Shown piece by piece: positions 39,425 through 49,573 of a DNA stretch of 64,000 bases. A program made the translations under genes and the position numbers. The notes under the pieces were generated by a model. That model was not told where the DNA came from. It did no database searches and worked only from the letters and a program-made list of their open reading frames with translations. Origin of the DNA: an uncultured beta proteobacterium (GTDB taxonomy: Bacteria; Pseudomonadota; Gammaproteobacteria; Burkholderiales; SG8-41); contig CADECM010000005.1 in assembly GCA_902825845.1 (NCBI GenBank), positions 5,048 to 69,047 of the forward strand, given 5' to 3'. Position 1 is the stretch's first letter, and each line of letters starts with the position of its first letter.

Positions 39425-40411
39425 ATGAACATCGCCGTATTGGGCGCGGGCGCCTGGGGTACTGCGATGGCAGTACATCTGTCGGCGCGCCACCGCGTCA
39501 CGCTGTGGGCACGCGACGCGGGGCAGGCGGCGGCGCTGCGCCTGGATCGCGTCAATCGCCGCTATCTGCCGGGCATCCCGCTACCCGCACACCTTGCCGT
39601 CAGCGCGGATTTGCCGGAGACGCTGCGCGACGCCGCGCTGATCCTGGCCGGTGTCACTACCGCGGGCCTGCGCGAAACGTTGCGCCGCATCCACAGTGCC
39701 GGCTGCCCGGTGCCGGTGCTGTGGCTGTGCAAGGGCTTTGAGCGCGAGCGCGCGCTGCTGCCGCACCAGGTGTGCGCGGCGGAACTGCCCGATGCCACCT
39801 GCGGCGTGCTGTCGGGCCCCAGTTTTGCCGATGAAGTCGCGCGCGGACAACCTACCGCGCTGACGCTGGCCTCCACCGACGCCACTTTCGCCGGCAATAG
39901 CGCGCGTGAACTGCACGGCGGCTCATTGCGCGTGTATTCCAGCACCGACGTCATCGGCGTGGAAGTGGCCGGCGCTGTCAAGAACGTGATGGCGATCGCC
40001 ACCGGCATCTGCGACGGGCTGAAGCTGGGACTGAACGCGCGCGCGGCGTTGATGACGCGCGGACTGGCGGAAATCACCCGCCTCGGCGTGGCACTGGGCG
40101 GGCGCGCGGAAACCTTCATGGGCCTCGCCGGCGTGGGCGACCTGATACTCACCTGCACCGGCGACCTGTCTCGCAACCGCAAGGTGGGTTTGGCGCTGGC
40201 GGCGGGCACGCCACTGGCGCAGATTCTCGATCAACTCGGCCATGTCGCCGAGGGTGTCCATAGCGCGCGCGAAGTGGCACGCATCGCCGGCGAGCGCGGC
40301 ATTGAAATGCCCATCACCGACGCGGTGTGCCGCGTGCTTGATGCCCCGCAATCCGCGGCCGTAGTGGCGCGCGCCCTGCTGGAGCGCGATGCCAGGGCCG
40401 AGAATGGCTGA
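39425..40411 (+). CDS. gpsA: NAD(P)H-dependent glycerol-3-phosphate dehydrogenase
   Basis: Contains [32 protein letters not shown] and [11 protein letters not shown]. Confidence 0.95.
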   Translation: MNIAVLGAGAWGTAMAVHLSARHRVTLWARDAGQAAALRLDRVNRRYLPGIPLPAHLAVSADLPETLRDAALILAGVTTAGLRETLRRIHSAGCPVPVLWLCKGFERERALLPHQVCAAELPDATCGVLSGPSFADEVARGQPTALTLASTDATFAGNSARELHGGSLRVYSSTDVIGVEVAGAVKNVMAIATGICDGLKLGLNARAALMTRGLAEITRLGVALGGRAETFMGLAGVGDLILTCTGDLSRNRKVGLALAAGTPLAQILDQLGHVAEGVHSAREVARIAGERGIEMPITDAVCRVLDAPQSAAVVARALLERDARAENG

Positions 40412-40425
40412 TTTACAAAAAATCA

Positions 40426-40443
40426 TTTAAAAACAAATATTTA
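40426..40443 (+). repeat. AT-rich motif, copy I
   Basis: TTTAAAAACAAATATTTA. Starts 15 nt after the gpsA stop. Shares 22 identical nt (AAAAATCATTTAAAAACAAATA) with copy H. Confidence 0.8.
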
Positions 40444-40493
40444 TGTAAAAACTCCAGCGCCATGCCGGTGCATGCGCGCATACAGGAACGGTT

Positions 40494-41834
40494 TTGTCAT
40501 TGGACGATACGTCAGTCGCCGCAAGCGACGCCAAGCCGCTGGATGCCGAAAGCGGCACGCACCAGCTGGCGTCCCGCTTTGCCGCGATTGCGATCTCGCT
40601 GTTCGTCGGCACCATCGTCGGCTTTGCCGCGGTGATTTTCGTCAGGATCGTGGCACTGGCGGACGACTATCGGCGGCTCACCGTTCCCGGCAATTTATCG
40701 CTGGCAGACTACACGCTGAACCCGGTCATCGGCATCGGCCTGTTTACCGCGGCGCTGATTTCAGGTCTGGCGTTGCGCCATTTCAGTAACGGTCAGCCGC
40801 ATGGACCGGCCGATCTGATCCATGCGGCGCAGCACGATCACGCCCCCGATCAACGCGCCGGCTTTTTGTCGTCGCTGCTCGCCATGATCAACCTGTCCGG
40901 GGGCGCGTCGGTGGGCATATTCGGGCCGTTGGTGACGTTCGGCGGCTGCCTGAGCCACATCCTGCAACCGCGCTCGACACGCCTGTCGCGCGACGTGATT
41001 CTCGGCGCGGGGGCCGGGGGCGCCATCGCGGCGGTGTTTTCCGCGCCGATCGGCGCCGCGATCTTCGCCCATGAAGCGATCATCCGGCGCTTTGGCGGAT
41101 TCGGCACGGCGCCGGTCATCGCCTGCACCTTTTCAGCGTACCTGGTCTCCTATCTGCTGTTGGGAGAGCATCCGCTGTTTTCCGGCCTCACATCGCCGCC
41201 GCTGAGCGTCATCAGCATAGCGGCGGTGATCGGCATCGGGATTGCCAGCGGCATCGCCACGACAATCTATATGCTGTGTGTGACCGCTGCGCCGGGATGG
41301 GCACGCGCGACGCGCCTCGGCCTGCCGCTGCGGCCGTTGATCCCCGCCGCCGTGTTGTTTTTGTTGTCGCCGCTACTGCCGCATCTGCTGGGCACGGGCT
41401 TCAGCTCGATCGATCTGGTGCTGGCCGGGAAATTCACAATCACGCTGCTGCTCGCGCTGGTACTGCTCAAAATCGCGGTTTCCAGTCTTTGTCTGGGCTT
41501 CGGCTTCTTCGGCGGCACCTTCGGACCGGCGCTGTTTTTCGGCGCCATGATCGGCGGCATCTTCGATATTCTGCTGAGCGGCCACATGGGCGGCCACCCC
41601 ACGTTCGCGGTGCTGGGTGCGGCCAGTTGTGTTGCCGCGGTCATCGGGTCGCCGCTGGCCGCCATCGTCATCATGTTTGAACTGACGGGCAGCTTCACCT
41701 GGGCGGTGCTGTCCATGGTCAGCGTGGTCACCGCGACGCAGATATCGCGCTCCTTCGCCGGACGCTCACTGTTCGACCGGCAACTCAAGATGCGCGGCGT
41801 GCTGGTGAAGGACGACTACACCGCCAGCGGCTGA
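40494..41834 (+). CDS. ClC-family voltage-gated chloride channel protein
   Basis: Polytopic membrane protein with GGASVGIFGP (GxEGP-like), GAIAAVFSAPIGAAIFAHE and GGTFGPALFFGAMIG. A TTG start is proposed. Confidence 0.82.
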   Translation: MSLDDTSVAASDAKPLDAESGTHQLASRFAAIAISLFVGTIVGFAAVIFVRIVALADDYRRLTVPGNLSLADYTLNPVIGIGLFTAALISGLALRHFSNGQPHGPADLIHAAQHDHAPDQRAGFLSSLLAMINLSGGASVGIFGPLVTFGGCLSHILQPRSTRLSRDVILGAGAGGAIAAVFSAPIGAAIFAHEAIIRRFGGFGTAPVIACTFSAYLVSYLLLGEHPLFSGLTSPPLSVISIAAVIGIGIASGIATTIYMLCVTAAPGWARATRLGLPLRPLIPAAVLFLLSPLLPHLLGTGFSSIDLVLAGKFTITLLLALVLLKIAVSSLCLGFGFFGGTFGPALFFGAMIGGIFDILLSGHMGGHPTFAVLGAASCVAAVIGSPLAAIVIMFELTGSFTWAVLSMVSVVTATQISRSFAGRSLFDRQLKMRGVLVKDDYTASG

Positions 41835-42075
41835 GCCAACGGGCTGGCAGTGGAGCCGCACCCTGCCGGGCAGCGGGCGGCTGGGCGTGATGCGGTGGCC
41901 TGAAGCCGGATTGAAGCTGACTTTGGCTGAAACGCCTTCAGTTTGGTGCGGCTTTGTGTGTACTGTATCCTCGTAGAAATCCAGCGGTCCGTTCGGGTGT
42001 AGATTGACCGCACAAACCATCGGAACGCAGAAACTGTTCGCAATGGACACCATGCATCTTCCCCCAACCGCGCAT

Positions 42076-42564
42076 TCACATGGGGTGGAGTAAATCCGGT
42101 GAAACAACGGCGCGCAGCAAGTTGAGTTTTTCGAATGTCTTTACCTCATTCGAGAACCACCACGCACTGCCGCCGAAGACTTCGCATTTGCCCTCGACAC
42201 CGGCAAGCAGGAGCGACACCACTTTGCCGACCGTGGGCTGATGGCCCACGAACACGACTGTTCCCTGCCCATCGGGCCATCCCGCGGCGACGAGCACGGC
42301 TTGGCCAGTCGCCGATTCCAATCCGTATCCCAACGCTGGCACTGCTTCGTAGTCCGGCGTGAGCGCTCCAGCAGTTGCACGCGCGCGAAGCGCCGGGCTG
42401 CCGATGACCCGGTAAGGGCCGGGGAGATGTTTCGTCAGCCATCCAGCCACTACCGCGGCTTGCAGACGACCGGGATCGGTCAGAGGGCGGGCCGCGTCGG
42501 GCTCGCCGGGTAATGCATCCGCATGCCGCCATATAACCAAGTTCAATTGAACCTCCCCGCACAT
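42076..42564 (-). CDS. Histidine phosphatase family protein (SixA-like)
   Basis: Contains LVIWRHADA (RH motif), ...SPALRARAT and FVGHQP. Confidence 0.72.
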   Translation of the reverse strand: MCGEVQLNLVIWRHADALPGEPDAARPLTDPGRLQAAVVAGWLTKHLPGPYRVIGSPALRARATAGALTPDYEAVPALGYGLESATGQAVLVAAGWPDGQGTVVFVGHQPTVGKVVSLLLAGVEGKCEVFGGSAWWFSNEVKTFEKLNLLRAVVSPDLLHPM

Positions 42565-42600
42565 AGGGCAACATGGCAGCCGCGCATGTCGCCACTGCCC

Positions 42601-43374
42601 CTAAAGCATTCCACTCATCATGCCCACGGCGATCAGAATCAGTAGCGCAGCCACTATGAACTGGATGCTCGCCAATGTCGCCTTCTTCAGCAGCCGGTTG
42701 CCCAGGAACGCCCCGAGGAATGCCGCACACACGGCAGCAGCGAGCAAAATGTTATCCGAATCTGTCCGCGTGCTCGCAAACGTCTGCCAGTAAACACTGA
42801 GCCGCGCGATATCGATCACGAAAGCCACTGCGGCCCCGGTGGCGATATAAGCCTCCTTGGTCAGGCCTGCCTTGATCAAAAAAGCCGATCGTAAAGCCCC
42901 TTGCATGCCCGACAAACCGCCGAAGAATCCGCTTAGCAGCCCGCCGACGGGCAGAAATTTCGCCGGGAACGCCAGATCGCGGAACCGTGGCGCGGCTTCA
43001 AGAAGGCAGAAGACCAGAAGTAGCGCGCCGACGACGAATTTCACCGGCGTCACCACGAATGTTCGATTGAACAAGACATAGCTTCCAAGCGGGGCGGCAT
43101 CGGCCGCCATGAGCAGCAATTGCGCACCGAAATAGGCAGCCACGATCGCCGGCAGTCCGAAGCGAATCGCAACGCCCACATCGATATGACGCCGGACGAG
43201 CACGAGTTTGAATCCCCCATTCAAAAAGTGCACGATCGCCGTCAGCGCAATCGCTTTCTCGACCGGAAAGAAGAGGACGAACGCGGGGAGCAGCAACGTC
43301 CCCAAACCGAAACCCGAGAAGAAGGTCAGCATCGAGGCCAGCAGCGCGACGGCGCACACAACTGCGAAGACCAT
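42601..43374 (-). CDS. TauE/SafE family sulfite/anion exporter
   Basis: 257 aa with about 8 TM segments. Internal repeat with GxGGG-like FFGGLSGMQG and FFSGFGLGTLLLP. Confidence 0.8.
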   Translation of the reverse strand: MVFAVVCAVALLASMLTFFSGFGLGTLLLPAFVLFFPVEKAIALTAIVHFLNGGFKLVLVRRHIDVGVAIRFGLPAIVAAYFGAQLLLMAADAAPLGSYVLFNRTFVVTPVKFVVGALLLVFCLLEAAPRFRDLAFPAKFLPVGGLLSGFFGGLSGMQGALRSAFLIKAGLTKEAYIATGAAVAFVIDIARLSVYWQTFASTRTDSDNILLAAAVCAAFLGAFLGNRLLKKATLASIQFIVAALLILIAVGMMSGML

Positions 43375-43421
43375 GGCGTGGTTTCTCCCGTGTCAAAACC
43401 GGTACGGCAAGATCAAGTCGG

Positions 43422-44648
43422 TCAATGCAGGATGCGCTGGAGGCCCCAACCGGCGACCGCGCTCAGTATAACAACCAGCCAGGGGGGCGTCTTCCAGAAG
43501 ACGAGCAGCGCGAAGGCCGCTAAGCCCAGCGCAAAATCCGGCGGCGCCTTGATCGCGCTGGTCCACACCGGGTAATAAAGCGCCGCAAGCAAAAGCCCGA
43601 CGACGGCCGCATTGACCCCAACCAGAGCTGCGCGCACTGCCCGGAAGCGGCGCAGATCGTCCCAGAAGGGCAGCACGCCGATGGTCAGTAGGAACGCCGG
43701 GAGAAAGATGGCGGCGGTGCACAGTGCGGCCCCGGCCCAGCCATGCGGTTCGGGCCCCATGATAAACCCCAGATATGCGGCGAACGTGAACAGCGGCCCC
43801 GGCACGGCCTGCGCTGCACCATACCCGGCGAGGAAGGCGTCGTTGGACACCCACCCCGGCGGCACGACTTCCGACTGCAGCAATGGCAGAACCACGTGGC
43901 CGCCGCCGAACACCAGCGACCCCGAGCGGTAAAAGCTGTCGAACAAGGCGAGCCATTGGCCCGGATAGACCGCCCCAAGGATCGGCAGCCCGATCAACAG
44001 CGCGAAGAATAACACCAGGCAGAGGGTTCCGGCCGTCTTGCCCAGCGATATGCCCATATCGACATGGGTGTCGTCCACCTTGGCGCCCAGCCACAGAATC
44101 CCGACGACGGCCCCGGCCAGAATGGCGGCGACCTGTCCCAACGCGGTGGGAAACAGCATGGCAATAACAGAGGCCCCTACCGCGAGAGAAAACCGCTGTG
44201 CATCCGGCGTGAGATTGCGCGCCATGCCCCACACCGCCTGCGCCACGACGGCGACCGCCACGACTTTCAATCCGTGCAGCCAGCCGGCATTCAGGTCTTT
44301 GGCAAAGGCGTCAACCCCGAATGCAAACAGGATCAAAGCCAGTACCGATGGTGTGGTGAAGCCGACCCAGGCCGCCAGCGCGCCGGGCAGCCCGGCACGT
44401 GAAAGCCCGATGCCGATACCGACCTTGCTGCTCGCGGGACCTGGCGTGAACTGGCACAGCGCAACCAGATCCGCGTAGACCTGTTCTTCAAGCCACTTGC
44501 GGCGCGCGACGAACTCCTCGCGGAAGTAGCCCAGATGCGCAATGGGGCCGCCAAACGACGTGCAGCCCAGCACCAAAAAGACCTTGAGGACCTCGAACGC
44601 GGTTCCGGTGCCCCTGCCCGGCTTGGATGATGATTCCGATTCGCTCAT
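43422..44648 (-). CDS. chrA: Chromate transporter ChrA (two-domain CHR family)
   Basis: The start at 44648 follows ACAGGGGGGACA. Contains LGCTSFGGPIAHLGYFREEFV..RKWL and a second repeat SGSLVFGGGHVVLPLLQSEVV. Confidence 0.9.
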   Translation of the reverse strand: MSESESSSKPGRGTGTAFEVLKVFLVLGCTSFGGPIAHLGYFREEFVARRKWLEEQVYADLVALCQFTPGPASSKVGIGIGLSRAGLPGALAAWVGFTTPSVLALILFAFGVDAFAKDLNAGWLHGLKVVAVAVVAQAVWGMARNLTPDAQRFSLAVGASVIAMLFPTALGQVAAILAGAVVGILWLGAKVDDTHVDMGISLGKTAGTLCLVLFFALLIGLPILGAVYPGQWLALFDSFYRSGSLVFGGGHVVLPLLQSEVVPPGWVSNDAFLAGYGAAQAVPGPLFTFAAYLGFIMGPEPHGWAGAALCTAAIFLPAFLLTIGVLPFWDDLRRFRAVRAALVGVNAAVVGLLLAALYYPVWTSAIKAPPDFALGLAAFALLVFWKTPPWLVVILSAVAGWGLQRILH

Positions 44649-44797
44649 TGTCCCCCCTGTGACGGTAGCCCGCAACGACTTACAATCCGATGCAAGGATG
44701 CCGTTGTGGACCTGCCGGCTTCGCGGCATGTCCACGAATAAATGGTATCCGGCAGCCAAATGATAATATCGAATACCGTTATCGTAACACGATATCA

Positions 44798-45109
44798 ATG
44801 AATAACACCATCATCCGGGACGTCATGCTGTCGTTCGTTCGCGTGCATATCCTCCATCACGCGGCACGGGAGGCGGTGTTCGGCCTGGCAATGATCGAGG
44901 AATTGCGTCGGCACGGCTACGATCTCAGTCCCGGCACCCTCTACCCGACCCTTCACGGCATGGAGCAGTCCGGACTGCTCAAGTGCAAACATGAAGTCGT
45001 GGCGGGCAAGGTGCGCAAGTACTACACGGCGACCGCCAAGGGACGCCGCACACTCGACGAACTCAAGGGCAAGATCAAGGAATTGTTCGGAGAATTGTTC
45101 GACGCGTGA
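44798..45109 (+). CDS. PadR-family transcriptional regulator
   Basis: Contains HILHHAAREAVFGLAMIEELRRHGYDLSPGTLYPTLHGMEQSGLL. Divergent from chrA. Confidence 0.85.
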   Translation: MNNTIIRDVMLSFVRVHILHHAAREAVFGLAMIEELRRHGYDLSPGTLYPTLHGMEQSGLLKCKHEVVAGKVRKYYTATAKGRRTLDELKGKIKELFGELFDA

Positions 45110-45562
45110 GTCCGACACAGCGCGCCGCGACGTTGAAAGACACAGCCGATGCCGTCGCGGAAATTGCGCCTTGCCGAGTCTCAATGCGGTAAGAAACCGC
45201 TCCCGAAATCACATGTCCCGGTGGACGATACAATGCCTGACTTCGGCCGTAGTGAAAACGTTTTAATCATGCCGTTATGCAACCCACGCACGCGCAAGGC
45301 GCCAGGGAATTGTCAAGGGCTGATGGATGGATGCCTGCGAAAACGTGACTATTCGGTCCAATTATTTGGAGCCAAACGCCCATCTAGTCCCTGGCTCCGC
45401 AAGCGGGGCGAAGGAACTTGTGTGGATACGCATGCCCGCTGCGACAAGTCCGCGATTGAAGTGGAGAGGAGGATTGCGATGAGGGCTGCAGTTGATTTCG
45501 CCGCACGCACTGAACCGATGGAAGAATCCGCGCACAACCGTTATTTTCCGTGAAGGGGTGTC

Positions 45563-46342
45563 ATGGCCACACAAGATCAACGCGTCCTTGAAGAATTTTC
45601 ACGTCAGGCTGCCGCCATGAGCGAAGCGGCCATCTTCAATGACGAGACCATCCTCAATCGCATCCGTGATTCTGCATGCGGTTCAAGCGGTGCGGCCAAT
45701 GTGCATGTTCTCGATGTCGCTTGCGGCCCGGGTATAGTGGTCGCCCATCTCGCGCCGCACTGCCGCCAGATCACCGGCTGCGACATGACGCCGGCCATGC
45801 TGGACAAGGCACGTGCACGAACGGCCGCCAAGGGCATTGCCAATGCGCATTTCGTACCCGGGCGGGTGGAGGCACTGCCGTTTGACGACGAAGCGTTTGA
45901 CGTCGTCGTGTCCCGCTCCGCGGTTCACCATTTCGCCGATCCGCCGGCGGCGTTCCGCGAAATGGCGCGGGTCACACGCACGGGCGGTCGCCTCATCACC
46001 GTAGACGTGGCGGCGAGTGAAACCGAAGCCGATGCAAAATTGCACAACGCGCTCGAAATCCTGCGTGATCCCTCCCATGTGCGCATGCTTTCCAGGAGCG
46101 AACTCCATCGCGCCATCGCGCAAGCGGGCCTCGCCATCGACGCGGCAGTGGCCTGGACCAACCACCGCGAATTCGACGAATGGATGAAGATCATCGACGC
46201 GCCCGAACGCATCGGCCCGCTCAAGGTGGTGATGACGGCACTGGCCGGGGCAGGCGTTGGCGCAGGTATTGGATTACGGCTGGAACAGGGCAGGCTGCGA
46301 TTTGCGCATCAACCCGCATTGACGGTCGCGGTGAAAGAGTAG
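45563..46342 (+). CDS. Class I SAM-dependent methyltransferase (type 11, UbiE/COQ5-like)
   Basis: Contains VLDVACGPGIV (motif I), PFDDEAFDVVVSRSAVHHF and GGRLITVDV. Its stop lies 12 nt before ORF position 46355 of the TIR gene. Confidence 0.85.
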   Translation: MATQDQRVLEEFSRQAAAMSEAAIFNDETILNRIRDSACGSSGAANVHVLDVACGPGIVVAHLAPHCRQITGCDMTPAMLDKARARTAAKGIANAHFVPGRVEALPFDDEAFDVVVSRSAVHHFADPPAAFREMARVTRTGGRLITVDVAASETEADAKLHNALEILRDPSHVRMLSRSELHRAIAQAGLAIDAAVAWTNHREFDEWMKIIDAPERIGPLKVVMTALAGAGVGAGIGLRLEQGRLRFAHQPALTVAVKE

Positions 46343-46405
46343 AAAAGCGGGGCTGTGCCACCGACCCCAGTGGATTCTGAACACGTTACTGTAACGGAGA
46401 TCGCC

Positions 46406-47623
46406 GTGACTCATGTGAACAAGCCAGCCGCCGTTTTCATTAGTTACCGCAGGGCGGATACACAGTCGTTCGCGCGCGACCTCCATAAGCACCTGGCGGC
46501 GGGCTTTGGCTATCACCGCGTTTTCATGGACCGCGCGGAGATTCGCGCTGGCCAGCGCTGGGCCGAGCGCCTTGACGAGGAGCTCGAGCGCTCCACGGTG
46601 GTACTGGCATTGATCGGTCCCCATTGGCTCAAATTGCAGGATGCAGATCATCGCCGCCGCATAGACGGTCCCGACGACTGGGTGAGACGGGAAATCAGCA
46701 CGGCTCTCACCGGAGGAAAGGAAGTTATTCCGATCTATGTCGGCGGGGCCGAGCGGATCAAGGATCCGAACAAGCTACCCGCGGATCTCGTGGACTTGCC
46801 CGCGCATGAACCTATTGAGCTGACCGAAAACTACTGGAATGCTGGAATGGCCGACTTGGTGCAACGGCTGGAACATTTCGGACTCCGTGCGGCGCGGCCG
46901 GATTTCCGCCTGCCCGCGCGGCTGAAGCATGTGGCACCGCTTTCAGCGGCGGAACTCGAAGCGGAGCTCGCCAAGCTACCGCATTGGACCCTTACCGGAG
47001 AAGAGCGCCGTATTCCGCATGCGGCGGGGCCGGTACCGCATAGCGAGCTGTACCGGGAATACGCGTTCAGCCGATTCGAACACGCTACCGCGTTCATGGC
47101 CCAGACCAGCGCAGAGATCAACAAGCGCCAGCACCATCCGCGCTGGGAAAACTTCTGGACCACCGTCCGGGTATGGCTCTCGACCTGGGACATCGAGTTT
47201 CAGCCATCAGCATACGATATCGCGCTGGCAAAATGGCTGGATCAGGCCTATCTTGAGTTCAAACCATCCCCGGCCAAAATTCCTGTCGACACCGTGGCGG
47301 CGGCACCCGCCTCAACGGGTGTTCCGACACGTATGGCCAATGACGAAGTGCAGCGGCGACTCATCGCGCTGACAGGCTGGTCCCTGGTGGCAGGCAAGCT
47401 TGAGCGTACGCTGCAGTTTGGCGACTTTCAGTCTGCTTTTGGTTTCATGACATCCGTAGCGCTGGCGGCCGAGACCCTGAATCATCACCCCGAGTGGTTC
47501 AACGTGTACGATACGGTGCGCATTCAACTCACCACGCACGACGCCGGCGGCATCAGCGAAAATGACTTTAAGCTGGCTCAACGCATTGACGCACTGGCTG
47601 CCAGGCACGGCGTGCGGCCATAG
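46406..47623 (+). CDS. TIR domain protein fused to two pterin-4a-carbinolamine dehydratase (PCD/DCoH)-like domains
   Basis: TIR region: [23 protein letters not shown]...[10 protein letters not shown]...[12 protein letters not shown]...[11 protein letters not shown]-like 1: [15 protein letters not shown]...[25 protein letters not shown] 2 (canonical): LTGWSLV...[64 protein letters not shown]. The GTG at 46406 follows GGAGA; an alternative GTG start is at 46355. Confidence 0.8.
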   Translation: MTHVNKPAAVFISYRRADTQSFARDLHKHLAAGFGYHRVFMDRAEIRAGQRWAERLDEELERSTVVLALIGPHWLKLQDADHRRRIDGPDDWVRREISTALTGGKEVIPIYVGGAERIKDPNKLPADLVDLPAHEPIELTENYWNAGMADLVQRLEHFGLRAARPDFRLPARLKHVAPLSAAELEAELAKLPHWTLTGEERRIPHAAGPVPHSELYREYAFSRFEHATAFMAQTSAEINKRQHHPRWENFWTTVRVWLSTWDIEFQPSAYDIALAKWLDQAYLEFKPSPAKIPVDTVAAAPASTGVPTRMANDEVQRRLIALTGWSLVAGKLERTLQFGDFQSAFGFMTSVALAAETLNHHPEWFNVYDTVRIQLTTHDAGGISENDFKLAQRIDALAARHGVRP

Positions 47624-47896
47624 CCCGTGGAAATCGGAGAACCATTCGATCCGCAAAGTCGCAGCCCGATAGCGCGCAAAGCCCGCGCTTGGGACAACTA
47701 CTGACGTAAAGACCCGTTCGCTGAATTGCGCGGGCCGACGCGTTCCAGAAACGCCTCGCCGGCATTGCCACGCCGATTTGTCACTTGCCAATGTCGGAAA
47801 CATGTTCAATGATGTTGCCTGCGTCAGACCGGATGGCAAGCACCGGCCGGGCAAACGCTTCCCCACGCCAACGCCGTCGCAATGAAGGAGACAAAC

Positions 47897-49507
47897 ATGG
47901 TGTCCCGGGTAAGACGATCCATCGAAGACCTCCAGATCGCCTACGAGCGTGGCGACAAGAAGCCGCTGGAAACTGTCATGCGTGCCTGGAAAGGCATCAA
48001 GGACCTTCCGCCAGACAATCCTGATTCATTCTTCGTGATCGGCGGCTACCACGGCGAGCCGTTTCGCGGGGCGGGCTGGGGCAATTCCGGCTTCTGGGGC
48101 GGTTATTGCAACCACGGCAATGTCTTGTTCCCGAGCTGGCACCGCGCCTATCTGCTGCGACTTGAAGACGCAATGCGCGCCATTCCCGGCTGCGGGGACG
48201 TCACGCTGCCGTTCTGGGACGAATGCAGCCCTGCATCGGTCAACAATGGCATTCCGTGGGCGCTGACGGTGGAGAGCTTTGCACTGGACGGCGCAATCAT
48301 TCCCAATCCGTTGAAGTCGTTCACCCTCAGCCGCCAGATTGTCGATCACATCGCTGGCGACACTCCCAACTACAGCAAGCCCATCGGCTACGAGACTGTG
48401 CGCTATCCACTGTCGGGTCTGGTGGGAACGCCGGACGACATCACGAAATCGAAAGCGCACAACGCGAAGTATCCGAACTATCAGTACAACGTAGGGCTGC
48501 TCAACGCCAATATCGTCGCATGGCTGACCTCCTATATCGAGGTGGGCGACGGCGCGAACAAGCAACGCATTCCGACCAACACGGCAAAGAAATGGGCGGA
48601 CTGCCTGAACGCGCCGAACTACACGGTATTTTCGAATACCACCTCGGCCGCCGAGTGGAACGGCAATCTGCCTGCCGGTGATGCACGCGTGGTGCCGATC
48701 GAATCGCCGCACAACGATATGCATCTCGCGGTTGGCGGCTTCGACGTTCCGAGCGGCCCGAACGCGGGAAATTTCTCGCAGGCCGCCGGCGCCAACGGCG
48801 ACATGGGCGAGAACGACACCGCGGCGTTCGACCCCATATTCTATTTTCACCATTGCTACGTCGACCGCATGTTCTGGCTGTGGCAGAAGAAGCACGGCGC
48901 AACCGGCACGCTGGAAATCATCCCGCACTACCCGGGCACCAATACCGTGGATAGTCAGGGGCCGACACCCGGCGTCGCGCCGAATGCCTGGCTGACGGTC
49001 GAATCACCGCTCGATCCCTTCAGGAAGCGCGATGGGAGCCCCTACACCACGTGCGACCTGGTCAATATCGAAACGCAGCTCGACTACACCTATGGACCGG
49101 GTTCGTTCGACGATCACGTCGCGCCGAACGCGGAACTTGCCCGCGCCGGCCCGGGCACCGCGCTGCATGTCCACGTCGGCGGGGTGGATCGCGGTATCGT
49201 TCGCGGCTCATTCATCATCTCGGCTTTCGCCAGCGTGGACGGCAAGTTGCAGCACATCGGCACGGAATCCGTGCTCAGTCGCTGGCATGTCGAAGGATGC
49301 GCCAACTGCCAGACGCATTTAAAAGCCAGCGCGGCGATCCCCATTCAGGGGGCTTTGACCGCGCCCGGCGGTGCCCCGGAAATCCACGTCGAGGTGCGCA
49401 CGCGTGACGGCCTGCTGCCGACGCATGGCGCCCCGCCCGGCGCGAGCGCGGTCGCCCTCACACCCGCGGCTGCGGCGCGGCCGCGCTTCCGCGTCCAGGT
49501 TCGCTGA
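47897..49507 (+). CDS. Tyrosinase/polyphenol oxidase (type-3 copper protein) with a long C-terminal extension
   Basis: CuA: GYHGEPF...CNHGNVLFPSWHRAYLLRLE. CuB: SPHNDMHLAVGG...AAFDPIFYFHHCYVDRMFWLWQ. The ATG at 47897 follows AAGGAGA. About 170 residues follow CuB. Confidence 0.85.
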   Translation: MVSRVRRSIEDLQIAYERGDKKPLETVMRAWKGIKDLPPDNPDSFFVIGGYHGEPFRGAGWGNSGFWGGYCNHGNVLFPSWHRAYLLRLEDAMRAIPGCGDVTLPFWDECSPASVNNGIPWALTVESFALDGAIIPNPLKSFTLSRQIVDHIAGDTPNYSKPIGYETVRYPLSGLVGTPDDITKSKAHNAKYPNYQYNVGLLNANIVAWLTSYIEVGDGANKQRIPTNTAKKWADCLNAPNYTVFSNTTSAAEWNGNLPAGDARVVPIESPHNDMHLAVGGFDVPSGPNAGNFSQAAGANGDMGENDTAAFDPIFYFHHCYVDRMFWLWQKKHGATGTLEIIPHYPGTNTVDSQGPTPGVAPNAWLTVESPLDPFRKRDGSPYTTCDLVNIETQLDYTYGPGSFDDHVAPNAELARAGPGTALHVHVGGVDRGIVRGSFIISAFASVDGKLQHIGTESVLSRWHVEGCANCQTHLKASAAIPIQGALTAPGGAPEIHVEVRTRDGLLPTHGAPPGASAVALTPAAAARPRFRVQVR

Positions 49508-49573
49508 GGGATTGCAGTAGATGAGCCGCGCGGGTCACAAGCAACAGACAGCGGCAGACCATCGCCACGGCAA

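Noticed and set aside
44649-44797. Inverted hexamers ATATCG...CGATAT in the chrA/padR divergent region, considered as a PadR operator.
   Set aside because: The arms are short, are separated by 18 nt, and do not match the ATGT-N8-ACAT type of PadR site I recall. Could be chance.
45149-45553. 134-aa ORF in the gap after padR.
   Set aside because: No recognisable domain, a mixed and non-coding-like composition, and no RBS. Treated as non-coding leader.
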